Origin: Eledone cirrhosa
Lineage: Eukaryota
Assembly: GCA_964016885.1 (NCBI GenBank)
Contig: OZ024749.1
Span: 22,382,001 to 22,446,000 of the forward strand
Direction: 5' to 3'
DNA length: 64,000 nt
Shown: positions 41,305-54,045 of the stretch, in pieces
How the letters are laid out: the number at the start of each line of letters is the position of its first letter
How positions within the stretch are numbered: the first letter of the stretch is position 1
Translations under genes and position numbers: made by a program
The notes under the pieces: model-generated
Database searches by the model: none
Seen by the model: the letters and a program-made list of their open reading frames with translations, nothing else
What the model was told of the DNA's origin: nothing

Positions 41305-41825
41305 ATATTGTTATACTTTGGGAGGGTCATGTTGCCAATAAGAAACACACGCACCAGTTGCTTTCACTTCAATTTAATTTAATATATATTTATAAATTTA
41401 CAAATTTATAAATTTCTGGTTGGTTGGTTGGTTCCACAACCAGATAGTTGTTTATATATAAATAGTCATAGTTCTTTCGTCACACACTCTGTGACCTCTT
41501 CAGTGACTGGGGATTTCTTTCTTCGTTTCTGTGCCTTTCCTTTCTTCTATCCTACGCCATTTTTGAAAAATGGCGTAGGATAGAAGAAAGGAAAGGCACA
41601 GAAACGAAGAAAGAAATCCCCAGTCACTGAAGAGGTCACAGAGTGTGTGACGAAAGAACTATGACTATTTATATATAAACAACTATCTGGTTGTGGAACC
41701 AACCAACCAACCAGAAATTTATAAATTTGTAAATTTATAAATATATATTAAATTAAATTGAAGTGAAAGCAACTGGTGCGTGTGTTTCTTATTGGCAACA
41801 TGACCCTCCCAAAGTATAACAATAT
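41305..41825. repeat. Apparently perfect fold-back palindrome (260 bp arms, 1 nt centre at 41565) in (TA)n
   Basis: Direct reverse-complement match. The right arm runs on to ~41881; partial family copy at ~43034-43210. Confidence 0.95.
41622..41666 (+). ncRNA. Minimal hammerhead motif (mirror on minus at 41464-41508)
   Basis: AGTCA-CTGAAGA-G-GTCACA GAGTG TGTGAC-GAAA-GAAC-TA-TGACT. Confidence 0.8.
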
Positions 41826-42487
41826 CGGTTTCAACACACGATTTCAGATAAAGAATCTTGCTAAACAAATTCAGAAACGAAATATATATGTATATATATA
41901 TATTAGCACTTCCCTTGTTTGTTGAAAATTATGAATGTCGGATTCTTATAGAATTCCAATAATAATCAGGAACTGATTATACAGAGTGGTTGCCGGTCCA
42001 GCAAAAATTAAAAATTAGAATTGGTGCTCTGAAATAGCGATATATATATATGAATGTATATATAGTGTATTTTGCAATGCACTATATATATATAAATATA
42101 ATCTGAGTTTTTCGAATATTAATAATAATTTTCAATTCGTTTGCAATTATTTGTTATATATATATAGAAAGATAGAGAGAGAAAGAGAGAGAGAGAGAGA
42201 GAAAGAGAGAGAGCGAGAGAGAGAGAGAGATAGATAGATAAGTAGATTATATAGAAACGATCATACGTTGTTCTCACTGGCTTTCCCTGCAACCATTTTG
42301 TTTTCTAGGGAGGAGCATGCTGTTTAATTGGCGATGATACGTCTCTCAGGCAATATCAGATAATGGTTTCCGAAGTAGGTTTAAATAAGCGAAAGATCTC
42401 TAATTTCCAGCTACAGAAATGTTTATAGGATCTTCCATAATAAGAGTGATAAAATAAAGTGCCAGTAACACATTGGGGTCGATTTAA

Positions 42488-42661
42488 CACTTTAGCATTT
42501 AAACCGGCTCTAACCGGCAACTCATACTGATGTTTTGGTATTGTTCTCAAAATAAACAATATAAAAACTACATAGATTCGATATGTGAGATAATTATGCA
42601 CGGTAAATCATTTACTGCGAAAATAAAATAGTATATATATAGAAATGTGAATGCTAAAGGG
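42488..42661. mobile_element. piggyBac-type MITE with TTAA target duplication, nested in a SINE family A copy
   Basis: TTAA|cactttagcatt...aatgctaaaggg|TTAA. The flanks rejoin to SINE sequence ggggtcgatttaa. Confidence 0.75.
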
Positions 42662-43227
42662 TTAATGGACCGTCCGCTTCCCTTCAAATTACTGGACTTG
42701 CGCCAAATATAGCTTACAGAGGCAACACTAGACTGGTGGTGGATTGACAGTATCGGAAGAGCGTCGAACAACATGCTTTGTGACATTGACTTACCACTCC
42801 TTAAGTTCTGAGTTCAAATCCCGCCGAGGATCGATAAAATAAAGTACTTAATCGACTTTCCCTCTCCAAAATTGCTGGCCTTGTGCCTATACTAGAGACC
42901 AATTTAATATATCTGTGTGAAGGTTTGTGGCTATGTGGTTAAGGTATTCGGCTCACGACCGTAAGGTCATGAGTTCTATTCCAGGCGGTGCGTTGTGTCC
43001 TTGAGTCTTAGTCTTAGTCTTAGATTGTTCCGCGGAACCAACCAACCAACCGGAAATTTATAAATTCTTAAATTTATAAATTTAACTTATAATAAATTGG
43101 AGTGAAAGCGACTGGTGCGTGTGTTTCCTATTGGCAACATGACCCTCCCAAAGTATAACAATATCGGTTTCAACACACGTTTTCAGATAAAGAATCTTGC
43201 TAAACAAATGTATATATATATATATAT

Positions 43228-46200
43228 TCTCTTTTACTCTTTTACCTGTTCCAGCCATCCGGCTGAGGCCATGCTGGGGCACCGCTCTTGTTGCTACACA
43301 TTTTATCTCCAGCCTGTATTGGTTGGCCACTGGTGTAAGAGGGAGTTTGTTGCTGCTGCTCTTCGGTTTCCTTCGTGCCTTGCTGTGGGCTCATCCGGGA
43401 TCCTGGATAGCAAGGTGTTGAGATATTTCTTAAAGACATCCACCTCCACACCATGCAGATCTCTCAGATCCCTCGGCAGCTTGTTGAAGAGTTGAGGGCC
43501 CTTGAATCCCAGGCTATTGCAATATCTGCTCCTTATTCTAGATGTGGAAGACGGGATCTTTGGCACCACACAGTGACTTCCTGTTCGACGGTTGGTCCAG
43601 CTCTCAATGCCAAAGTTTGGTGATAGTCCCTCCAGGATTTTCCATATGTAGATCACTGCGTATCTCTCCCGTCTTCGTTCTTTTAGCTTCTCCCAGTAGC
43701 TTATCTCCTTCTTCGTGGCAATCCTCTTGGTGTAGCTTCGCTGGATTGCCTCGAGCTCCGTGGTTAGTTTGACACTATGGGGTGACCACAACTGGGAGCA
43801 GTAGTCCAGGCGGCTTAGGACAAATGTCCTCCATAGTGTCAACATGGTGTCTCGGTCTCTTGTCCGGAAAGTCCTCAAGATCCAGCCAGCGAGTCGTCTG
43901 CCAATTTTTGCCCCTTTCATGATATGTGAGGATAAAGAGCATCATCGCTCATGTCTATACCCAGGTCTCGTATCGATGTTGACACGGGGATATCGGTCCC
44001 TCCTGGTCCTGCGTAACTGTGTGGTACTGTATTAGAGTTTGCAGGTTTGTATTGTACGGCTTGTAATTTGCCAGCATTGAACTGCATGTTGTTTTCTTCC
44101 ACCCATTTATATATGACATCCAGATCTTGTAAAAGGGCAGCATCAGCCGGGTTATTGATTGCCTGTGCTACCTTAGTGTCATCAGCATAGTGAGGGATGT
44201 TGTTGTATGTACTACAGAGGGCATATCTGAGAGAGCCACCAAAAATAGTAGTGATCCCAGGACTGTCCCTTGGGGCACCCCAGTTGTTATTGGTGTTTAC
44301 TTTGAGAGGGCCCCGTTTGCTGCGACTGTCTGGCTTCTGTCCTTTAAGAAGTTATGCAGCCAGTCACCTACTTTTTCAGTTATGCTGAGTCCGTGTAGTT
44401 TGTGACATATCATTCCGTGGTCGACCTTGTCAAAGGCCTTCGCAAAGTCAAGATATATCATGTCCACATGTGAGCTGTCTAACAGTTGTTTCAGTACCCA
44501 GTCGTAGTGATGTAGCAGCTGTGTAAGGCAGCTTCTTCCTGGGCTGGAGCCATGCTGCGTGCTAGTCAGGCGGTCATTTTCCTCGAGGAAATTGATCAGT
44601 TTCTTTCTGACGACTCGCTCCATGACCTTACTGATTTGCGACGTCAAGGAGACTGGCCTATAGTTTTTGGCCTCCGCTCTGCTACCTCCTTTATGAATAG
44701 GACATATTGTGCCTTCTTTCAGCTCCCTGTGTAGTAGACCGCTAGCCAAGGAGCTTCTGAAGAGCTTCTTCAGTGGAGTTGCTAAGGCCCGCTTACATGT
44801 TTTTAAGAGAACTGCTGGAAATCCACCAGGTCCAGCAGCTGAGTCTCTTCTAATTTCATCTATGGCGTACACCACATCCTCCTCCGTTATGTCTATGTGG
44901 TTGATGGTCGCCATTTCTTCATATAGTGTTGTGGCATCAAATAACTCCTCTGGCTTTGTTATTTGCATGTGCCTCAGTGGACATGTGAACACACTTTTAT
45001 ACTGTTCGTTCAGTATTTCACATATCTCTTGGGGATATATATAATGAACCGTCTGTATGGAAGAGTGGCCCAATCTTGCAGTGTACTGAGGCAGTTTCTT
45101 TTGCAAATTTAAAGAAGGCCTTATGGTTTGTTTTAATGTTTTCTATGGCCCTTTTTTTTTCATGGGAAAGTTTGAGTGCAATCTCGGTGCCAAGTAGTGC
45201 ACGTTTCAAATAGGATTCCTTCCCTTTTTTGTGTTCTTGTTGTGCATTCAACTGGTTTGAGAGCTTGGTTCTACGTCTCATAAGGATTTTCCTATCTCTG
45301 GGAATAAGATTTTTGTGTCTGTTTGCCTCTTTCTCCGGGACAAATTTTTTGCATATAGTGTGTATCGTTGTCATGAAGTGTGGAAATTGTGTGTTGGTGT
45401 CTTGTGTGGCGGTGTTTTTGCTCCATGTTTGCTTCCGGATTTCTCTCTTGATCTTTTTCCAGTTAGCTTTGTAGAAGTTAAGGCTGGATAACGTCTCGGT
45501 CCTTCTTGATGGTTTAGTCTCTGTTGGTTCTCTCGGACCACATATCATTAGTTCTACTAAGTTATGATCCGAGAAAATTGTTGGTGTCACCTTGACATTG
45601 TTCACGAGCACTTCGTTTTTTGTAAAACAGAGGTCCAGGACATTTTCGCCTCTTGTTGGGAGGAGTATTGCTTGTTCCATGAACTGCCTGTGTGTGAGGG
45701 CCAGCTGGGATACCGCCTGTCTCTGTTCTATTGACGTCATTCCAGGGAGGAGGTGGCCCTCAGGCCATTTGACCTTTGGCAGGTTGAAGTCTCTCAGCAG
45801 TAGAATGTTGATCCAGTTTGTCAAGGACCTCTTCTATCCTACTGAGGCTATCCTCAAATTTACCCTCATGACTGGGGGAATCGGGCGGCCGATATGTGAC
45901 ACATATTATTGTTTGTAGTTGCTTCATATGTACTATCAGTGTGTCACAGACTGAGTTTGAATGTGTCAACAGTATAATTGGTGTGACATCTTCACGGATA
46001 TACAGAGCAACCCCACCATGAGTTCTCTCCTTCCTGTCCGAACGAAATACAGTATATTTCGGTATATGTATTTCTGCATCTGCTATACTGCTTGTCAGGT
46101 GCGTTTCGGTTAGTGCCATGCATAATGCTTGATTGCTTATGGCTAAGTCTCACAGGTAGGAAATTTTACTCATGTTACTGAGTTTCACCAGGCCTCTGAC

Positions 46201-46923
46201 ATTCTGCAGCAGCACTGGTGTGACATTTGGCGTGCCAGTAATGGCTGTTGGTATGACACCTGGTCTGGTGTCAGCAGCGGCCACTCTGGGTCCCTTAGCT
46301 GTGGTGGTCTCGAGTGCGGCACGCGCGACATCAGCATACTTCTGGAGCGACTTCTTTCGGCTTTGGCTGGGGCATGTTGTGCGAGTAGGATGGGCATAGT
46401 TCGTTTGGGACCTGGGGTGGGCGAATCTGCATCCCATCCCTGTCTCTCCATACCAGCAGGTCTCGTTCCTGAAAAACTTGCACATTACTTGGGTTCTCTT
46501 GCTCCCAGTGTCTCGGTGCTTTCTGTTCTCCCTTTGAACAGTTGTCAACTGGTCCCTCTGCGCTTGGTTCTCCTTCGGAAGGTGATTTCGCTTCTCACCT
46601 TTACCTTTTGCTTGTTGGTTGCCCGGCCTGCTCTCCCTGACTGTGGCGGCGGGTATCTCATTTTATTTCAGGTCCGTGCTTGTGCTCTCTTCCTTTTCTT
46701 TTTCTTCTCCTTTCTCTTCGTTTTTCTCCTCCTTGAGGACACGGCTTAGCATCGCCATATGTGGCGTTATGAGGACATAGGCCTTCTCGATTTCTTTTCT
46801 CTTTCTCTCTATCTGTGCCATGGTCCCCAGAAACCCATGGCTCTTCAGGCTCTCCGCAATCTTTTTGTTTGGTGGTGGTCTATCAGCCAGGCTCCACCCC
46901 TTGATCAAAACCGCTAGTTCCAT
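43228..46923 (-). mobile_element. Degenerate CR1-group LINE (ORF1 with CCCH finger, APE, RT), short-repeat tail
   Basis: CKFFRNETCWYG..CRFAHP; QNVRGL, LTETHL, YRPP, SDHN; YRPVSLTS, YLDFAKAFDKVDH, GVPQGTVLG, YADDTK; tail (gtaaaaga)n. The 5' UTR probably extends further. Confidence 0.9.
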
Positions 46924-48043
46924 CTTTTCCCAGTTTCACTGACTCCTAATTTCACCTTTTCCCTGTATGCAGCCCATTTCGCTGTGGAGGGGAGAAAGAG
47001 AGATAGCGGGAAGTGTAGGGTAGAGGTTAGAGGGGGACAGAGAGAGATTTAAGGTGAGAAATTTAAGGAGCGATTTAGAGGGAAAGAGAGAGAGAGCTTG
47101 TGGGATCTAGAGAGAGAGAAAGAGAAAACGAAACAGAAGAAAGAAAGGGGGGAGAGACAGAAGAGAGGAACGAGGGAGATAGCGGGAAGAGTGAGGGGAA
47201 AGGTTGGAGAGAGAGAGAGGGAGATAGATAAGACCGGTGAGAAATTCAAGGTGCGATTTAGAGGGAGATATAGAGAGAGAGGAAGGAAGAAGGAGAGAGA
47301 TAGCGTAAGAAATAGTAATGCAGAGAGAGAGAGAGAGAGAGAGATAATATAGCAACGTGGAGTGGTCAAAGAGAATATTAATAATAAATATCGTTCAAAG
47401 AATATTTCGCGATTAAAACACCGAAACAAAGTGAAAAAGAAACGATATCAACGTGAAATATGAAAGGAGACAGAATAAATTAAGATAAAATAAAATAAGA
47501 TAAATTAAATGAATGAAACCCAAATAGGTTAAAGATATAGAAACACGAAGATTTATAGAGGTTGTCCTTTAGCTGATTTCAAATGTAGGTATCGTTTGCC
47601 TACAATTATAAATAACGTAGTTATTGTAATATCAATATATCAAATAAAAAAGCAACAACAACAATAAGTCAAAAATAAAAATAAAATTATACTAAATTAT
47701 GTTGTTCAAGATTAAAAAAAAAATACAAAATCTACTTAAATTAAATTAAATTACGTACTAGCTTTCGATACTCTGTATATGGTAGACAGAGAAAGAAAGA
47801 AAGCACGTGTGTTTGTTGTTTTTTAGGAGAATATCACACAGTGAAAATAAACATGTTTAAAGCTCTAACATACCTAAAATAATCGTGTCAAAGCACAAAT
47901 ACTTATCTTTTTTGTATATTTTCCTTGTTTTCTGAAAAATCCCACTACAGTATATAACAGCGATTAATGTCGATTTAAAGTTTCAAATCTCGGCGATTAG
48001 GAATACACGGTGTCCCAACAAGCTGCCAGCTGCCATATCTTTT

Positions 48044-48077
<34 letters not shown>

Positions 48078-48151
48078 AATATAAATTTAGCGAGAATCGC
48101 ATTTCGGCGGGTAGAAATTAGCGAAACGAATTGTATATATATATATCTCTC

Positions 48152-48210
<59 letters not shown>

Positions 48211-48216
48211 GTGTGC

Positions 48217-48802
48217 GTGAATCCATACGTACATATATATATATGTGTGCATGTATGTATATATATATACATACTACTGTACGTCTGTATACATATATGT
48301 ATGTACGTGTACATACTTATATTTAAGTAATAGCCGTACTAAGAGTGAGAAAGGAAATTTCGTTTCATTTTTTCCGTTTATCGTTTTTGGTGCACACAGC
48401 CGATTAACCCACTCGATATGCAAATTGGGCTACTCAGCCGTTAATATGCATAAGGTAAGTATATACGTTCAACAATTTGGCAGGAAGGTATACGTTGCTG
48501 ACGATAGCTAATGAGCTTGAAACTAGTACAGTGTTCCTTTGTCAGTGTTGAACAAACGAGCAACGATGGTTGCTAGACACTACGGCTTAATACGGGATGT
48601 TTGTTGACAAACACATCGACCATTATAATAAATGTTCGGTGAATCCCTACGTACATATATATATGTGTGCATGTATGTATATATATATATATACATACTA
48701 CTGTACGTCTGTATACATATATGTATGTACGTGTACATACTTACATTTAAGTAACAGCCGTACTAAGAGTGGGATATGAAATTTCGTTTCATTTTTTCCG
48801 TT

Positions 48803-48805
<3 letters not shown>
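48217..48805 (+). mobile_element. Non-coding HHR element, ~422 bp unit x ~1.4 (terminal direct repeat ~165 bp)
   Basis: 48217-48380 is repeated at 48639-48805. HHR inside; flanked by (TA)n. Confidence 0.8.
48493..48533 (+). ncRNA. Minimal hammerhead motif
   Basis: CGTTG-CTGACGA-TAGCT AATG AGCTT-GAAA-CTAG-TA-CAGTG. Confidence 0.75.
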
Positions 48806-48833
<28 letters not shown>

Positions 48834-48848
48834 CATATATTTATATCA

Positions 48849-48880
<32 letters not shown>

Positions 48881-48904
48881 ACATATCATATATAAATATA
48901 TATA

Positions 48905-49308
48905 TATATATTGGTAAACGGAATAGAAAATGCTGACAAATTGTTCACAGTTGAAAAATGGTTTAATTAGGAATAAAAGAGTATTAGTGATTGTATGGGT
49001 TAGTATTCAGTTGTGGTTTTAAGTTTTTAAGTTTTTACCGGTTGCGCATTTCTAAATGCTTTTCAAAAATAATTTTGAGATAGAGTGTCCGTGCTGTTTG
49101 CTCTGATCAGAGCAAACAGCACGGACACTCTATCTCAAAATTATTTTTGAAAAGCATTTAGAAATGCGCAACCGGTAAAAACTTAAAAACTTAAAACCAC
49201 AACTGAATACTAACCCATACAATCACTAATACTCTTTTATTCCTAATTAAACCATTTTTCAACTGTGAACAATTTATCAGCATTTTCTATTCCGTTTACC
49301 AATATATA
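48905..49308. repeat. Near-perfect fold-back palindrome (~200 bp arms, no spacer, centre 49106/49107)
   Basis: Direct reverse-complement match; one mismatch noticed. Confidence 0.95.
49144..49180 (+). ncRNA. Minimal hammerhead, U3-A8 variant with GAAA>GCAA change (mirror at 49033-49069)
   Basis: TTT-TTGAAAA-GCATTT AG AAATGC-GCAA-CCGG-TA-AAA. Probably inactive in this copy. Confidence 0.6.
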
Positions 49309-49337
49309 ATAACTTGTGTGTTACACCTCTATTCTTT

Positions 49338-49391
<54 letters not shown>

Positions 49392-49447
49392 ACAAAGATG
49401 GTGTGGTCAGACACCTTGTGGACCATAACGCACGAGAGTACTTGATA

Positions 49448-49490
<43 letters not shown>

Positions 49491-49497
<7 letters not shown>

Positions 49498-50812
49498 TAT
49501 AGAGAAAAATACTGCAGGTAGCACATGGTAACATGTAATAAAATACGTCCCTCATCAGTGATTTGCCGAAGATCATAGATATTTCATTGCATTAAAAATC
49601 ATATATCTCACTTCGGTGCAATAATAACCAAAATAAGTTATTAGGACAATTAAAACGCGTAAAGCGAGTGAGACAGGAGAACAACAGAAAATATAGCATA
49701 CCGTGGGAGAGAAACAAGCTTCAAAAATTATTCTGTTAGCGTAAGCTAGGTGAATATATGAGCGCTTAGAGAATAGTGCCAGCACGAACGAAGGCCATTG
49801 AGCAGAGAGAGAAAAAATAGCGTCCGTGAGTGCAGGATGAAATGAAGAGAAGAGGGAGAAAAACAGTGAGTGAGTGAAAGTGTGAGGAAGAGTTAACGGG
49901 CAAGACAGAGGGGGAGAAACAGAGAGAATGGGGGAACAGTAAGAGAGAGAGAAAAAAACACAGAATCGCAGTGGTAAATATATGTATTAAAATATAGAGA
50001 AAAATACTGCAGGTAGCACATGGTAACATGTAATAAAATACGTCCCTCATCAGTGATTTGCCGAAGATCATAGATATTTCATTGCATTAAAAATCATATA
50101 TCTCACTTCGGTGCAATAATAACCAAAATAAGTTATTAGGACAATTAAAACGCGTAAAGCGAGTGAGACAGGAGAACAACAGAAAATATAGCATACCGTG
50201 GGAGAGAAACAAGCTTCAAAAATTATTCTGTTAGCGTAAGCTAGGTGAATATATGAGCGCTTAGAGAATAGTGCCAGCACGAACGAAGGCCATTGAGCGG
50301 AGAGAGAAAAAATAGCGTCCGTGAGTGCAGGATGAAATGAAGAGAGGAGGGAGAAAAACAGTGAGTGAGTGAAAGTGTGAGGAAGAGTTAACGGACAAGA
50401 CAGAGGGGGAGAAACAGAGAGAATGGGGGAACAGTAAGAGAGAGAGAAAAAAACACAGAATCGCAGTGGTAAATATATGTATTAAAATATAGAGAAAAAT
50501 ACTGCAGGTAGCACATGGTAACATGTAATAAAATACGTCCCTTATCAGTGATTTGCCGAAGATCATAGATATTTCATTGCATTAAAAATCATATATCTCA
50601 CTTCGGTGCAATAATAACCAAAATAAGTTATTAGGACAATTAAAACGCGTAAAGCGAGTGAGACAGGAGAACAACAGAAAATATAGCATACCGTGGGAGA
50701 GAAACAAGCTTCAAAAATTATTCTGTTAGCGTAAGCTAGGTGAATATATGAGCGCTTAGAGAATAGTGCCAGCACGAACGAAGGCCATTGAGCAGAGAGA
50801 GAAAAAATAGCG
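49491..50812. repeat. Tandem array, 495 bp unit x ~2.7, near-identical, flanked by (TA)n
   Basis: Unit starts at 49491, 49986 and 50481. Confidence 0.95.
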
Positions 50813-50949
50813 TATATATATATATATATATTAAAAGAGGCAGTGGCCAGATACATTGGAGCAACCATGTTATACTGAGGGTACCCCGAGGGTCGCATGG
50901 GTCGCATATATGTTGTCTAGTTGCTCACATTGTAACTAATATTATTTTT

Positions 50950-51297
50950 GGACGCCATGCTTTCCAGCATAGTTACATCCCTTTACGATCTGAGTTCAAA
51001 TCCCGCCGAGGTTGACTTTGCCTTTCATCCTTACGGGGTCGATACAATCAAGTACCAGTAATGCACTGGTGAATTACTGGCCTTGTGCCTAAAGTAGAAA
51101 CAATTATTTTGGCAGTAACGGTAGATGGTCGGACGTATTGCTTTGGCGCATAGAGTTACGGCCCTTGCCATTCTGAGTTCAAATCCCGCCGAGGTTAACT
51201 TTGCCTTTCATCCTTACGGGGTCGATAAAATAAAGCACTAGTAATGCACTGGGATAATTGCTGGCCTTGTGCCAAAAGTAGAAACAATTATTATTTT
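50950..51297 (+). mobile_element. Two tandem SINE family A copies
   Basis: ctgagttcaaatcccgccgagg...gtagaaacaattatt occurs twice. Confidence 0.8.
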
Positions 51298-51479
51298 ATA
51301 TTACGCTCTCGCTGTAAAAACCTTTGTGCGGGCCGCAGGTGTGGTTGTAAAGGGCCGCATGCTTGACATGACTGCTCTAGAGTTTCGAACTTACAGGGGC
51401 AGAAAGAGAAAAACTGTAACATTGTTTGATGGTAATGTAGTACGCATTAACAGTATATGTTGCTGTATATATATATATG

Positions 51480-52332
<853 letters not shown>

Positions 52333-52722
52333 GAGGAAGGACAGCGTGGGCGGATTGCAAAAGAGGTAGAAGAGGAGATGGAGAAGGAGAAAGGTGATGC
52401 GAGTACTTCTGGTTATGTGGAGTATGTTCCTTACAATGAATTTGAAGAGAGTGACATTGAAGATCTTGAGGATCTTCGGTTGAGTGATTACAACTCTAGC
52501 AGTGATGAAGGAGATGTCGTGAATGACAACAAGGTATCAGGATTGACGCTAGCAACGACGGGCGGGAAAGATAAGAAACGGAAGCAAGCACCATCATCGT
52601 TATCAGCAGAACATCACAAAGTAAAAACAAAGAAAATGTCAAGAAGACGTCCAAAAGTGACAATAGAGTATGAGACCGAGCTGGAGCAACCTTCCACCTC
52701 CAAAGAGAAGTTGAAATATTAA
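52333..52722 (+). CDS. MAK16: MAK16-like ribosome biogenesis protein C-terminus (terminal exon or gene fragment)
   Basis: Open frame with acidic VEYV..EESDIEDLED, a basic tract, and RRPKVTIEYETE, resembling the MAK16 C-terminus from memory. No upstream exon found in the window. Confidence 0.65.
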   Translation, partial: EEGQRGRIAKEVEEEMEKEKGDASTSGYVEYVPYNEFEESDIEDLEDLRLSDYNSSSDEGDVVNDNKVSGLTLATTGGKDKKRKQAPSSLSAEHHKVKTKKMSRRRPKVTIEYETELEQPSTSKEKLKY

Positions 52723-53189
52723 AATGTTATTGGAGGTCTGGAATGGGGGTGATGGGGTGGGTTGAGGTGGTGTGGGTGAACTGGAATTTAAACAGTTTGC
52801 ACCTTTTTGTCTGTGTATGTATGTGTGTAGGTAGGTATGTATATATGTAGGTGTGTATGTCGGTATGTATGTATAAATGTAGTTATATGTATGTATGTAT
52901 GTAGGTATGTGTAGGTATGTATGTATATATGTAGGTATGTATGTGTGTGTTTATGTATATGTAGGTATGTGTGTATGTATGTATGTATGTAGGTATGTAT
53001 GTGTGTATGTAGGTATGTAGGTATGTATGTATGTGTGTATGTAGGTATGTTTGTGTGTATGTATGTATATATGTAGGTATGTATGTGTGTATGTATGTAT
53101 ATATGTAGGTATGTATGTGTGTATGTAGGTATGTAGGTATATATGTATATATGTAGGTATGTATGTATATATGTAGGTATGTATGTATG

Positions 53190-53718
53190 TGCAACCCCAC
53201 CTAGGTTTCTTGGAGAGGAGGGTGATTTGGATATCCTGCAGGACTAAAAACAAAACCTGTCAAAAGGCAAAGGAGCTCTTAAGAGTCAATGGCCATTCAA
53301 AATCACGGGGAGAGATGACCCATTAGCCTTTGTCAAGGCAGAATTCTAGGAGAAGGAAAACTCTGATATAACACCTGCAACCCTGATGGTATCTAATGAT
53401 GTTGACTTGTTCTTCTTTTTGGTAAATATCATCTCGGTTAAGAGAGTGGGACTGGCTTTGTGCAGTGCCTTTGCTCACTATAAAAGCTTCACGGCACAGG
53501 CATTGTTTTATATCTGGAGATCTCTCTGCAGTTGTCATCACAGGGTACAATGGGCCCAGCACTATGTGTCAATAATTGTCACAGGTGTAGTGTTTGTACC
53601 AGAGTTTTCAAGTCGCTGGCTGGACGAAAAAGTCACACTCGTTCAGCGCAGCGGTCGGGGTTCTCCTACACGGATATAAAGTAGTGGCCGTACTCGAAAA
53701 CGAGTTGGCAGCCACCAT
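53190..53718 (+). mobile_element. ~600 bp non-autonomous retroposon, 5'-truncated copy with (TATG)n tail
   Basis: Reverse complement of most of 5471-6000. Confidence 0.8.
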
Positions 53719-53853
53719 GTATGTATGTATGTATGTATGTATGTATGCATGAATGTATGTATTTATGTATTGTTCTTCTGGTTTTATAATTTCACAAATT
53801 ATGTATGTTTATGTATGTATGTATATGTATATATGTATGGGTGTGTATGTGTG

Positions 53854-53897
<44 letters not shown>

Positions 53898-53992
53898 TAT
53901 ATACATATATATATATACATATATATACATGTATACATACACACACGCACACGCACACATATATATATATATGTATATACACACACACGCAC

Positions 53993-54045
<53 letters not shown>

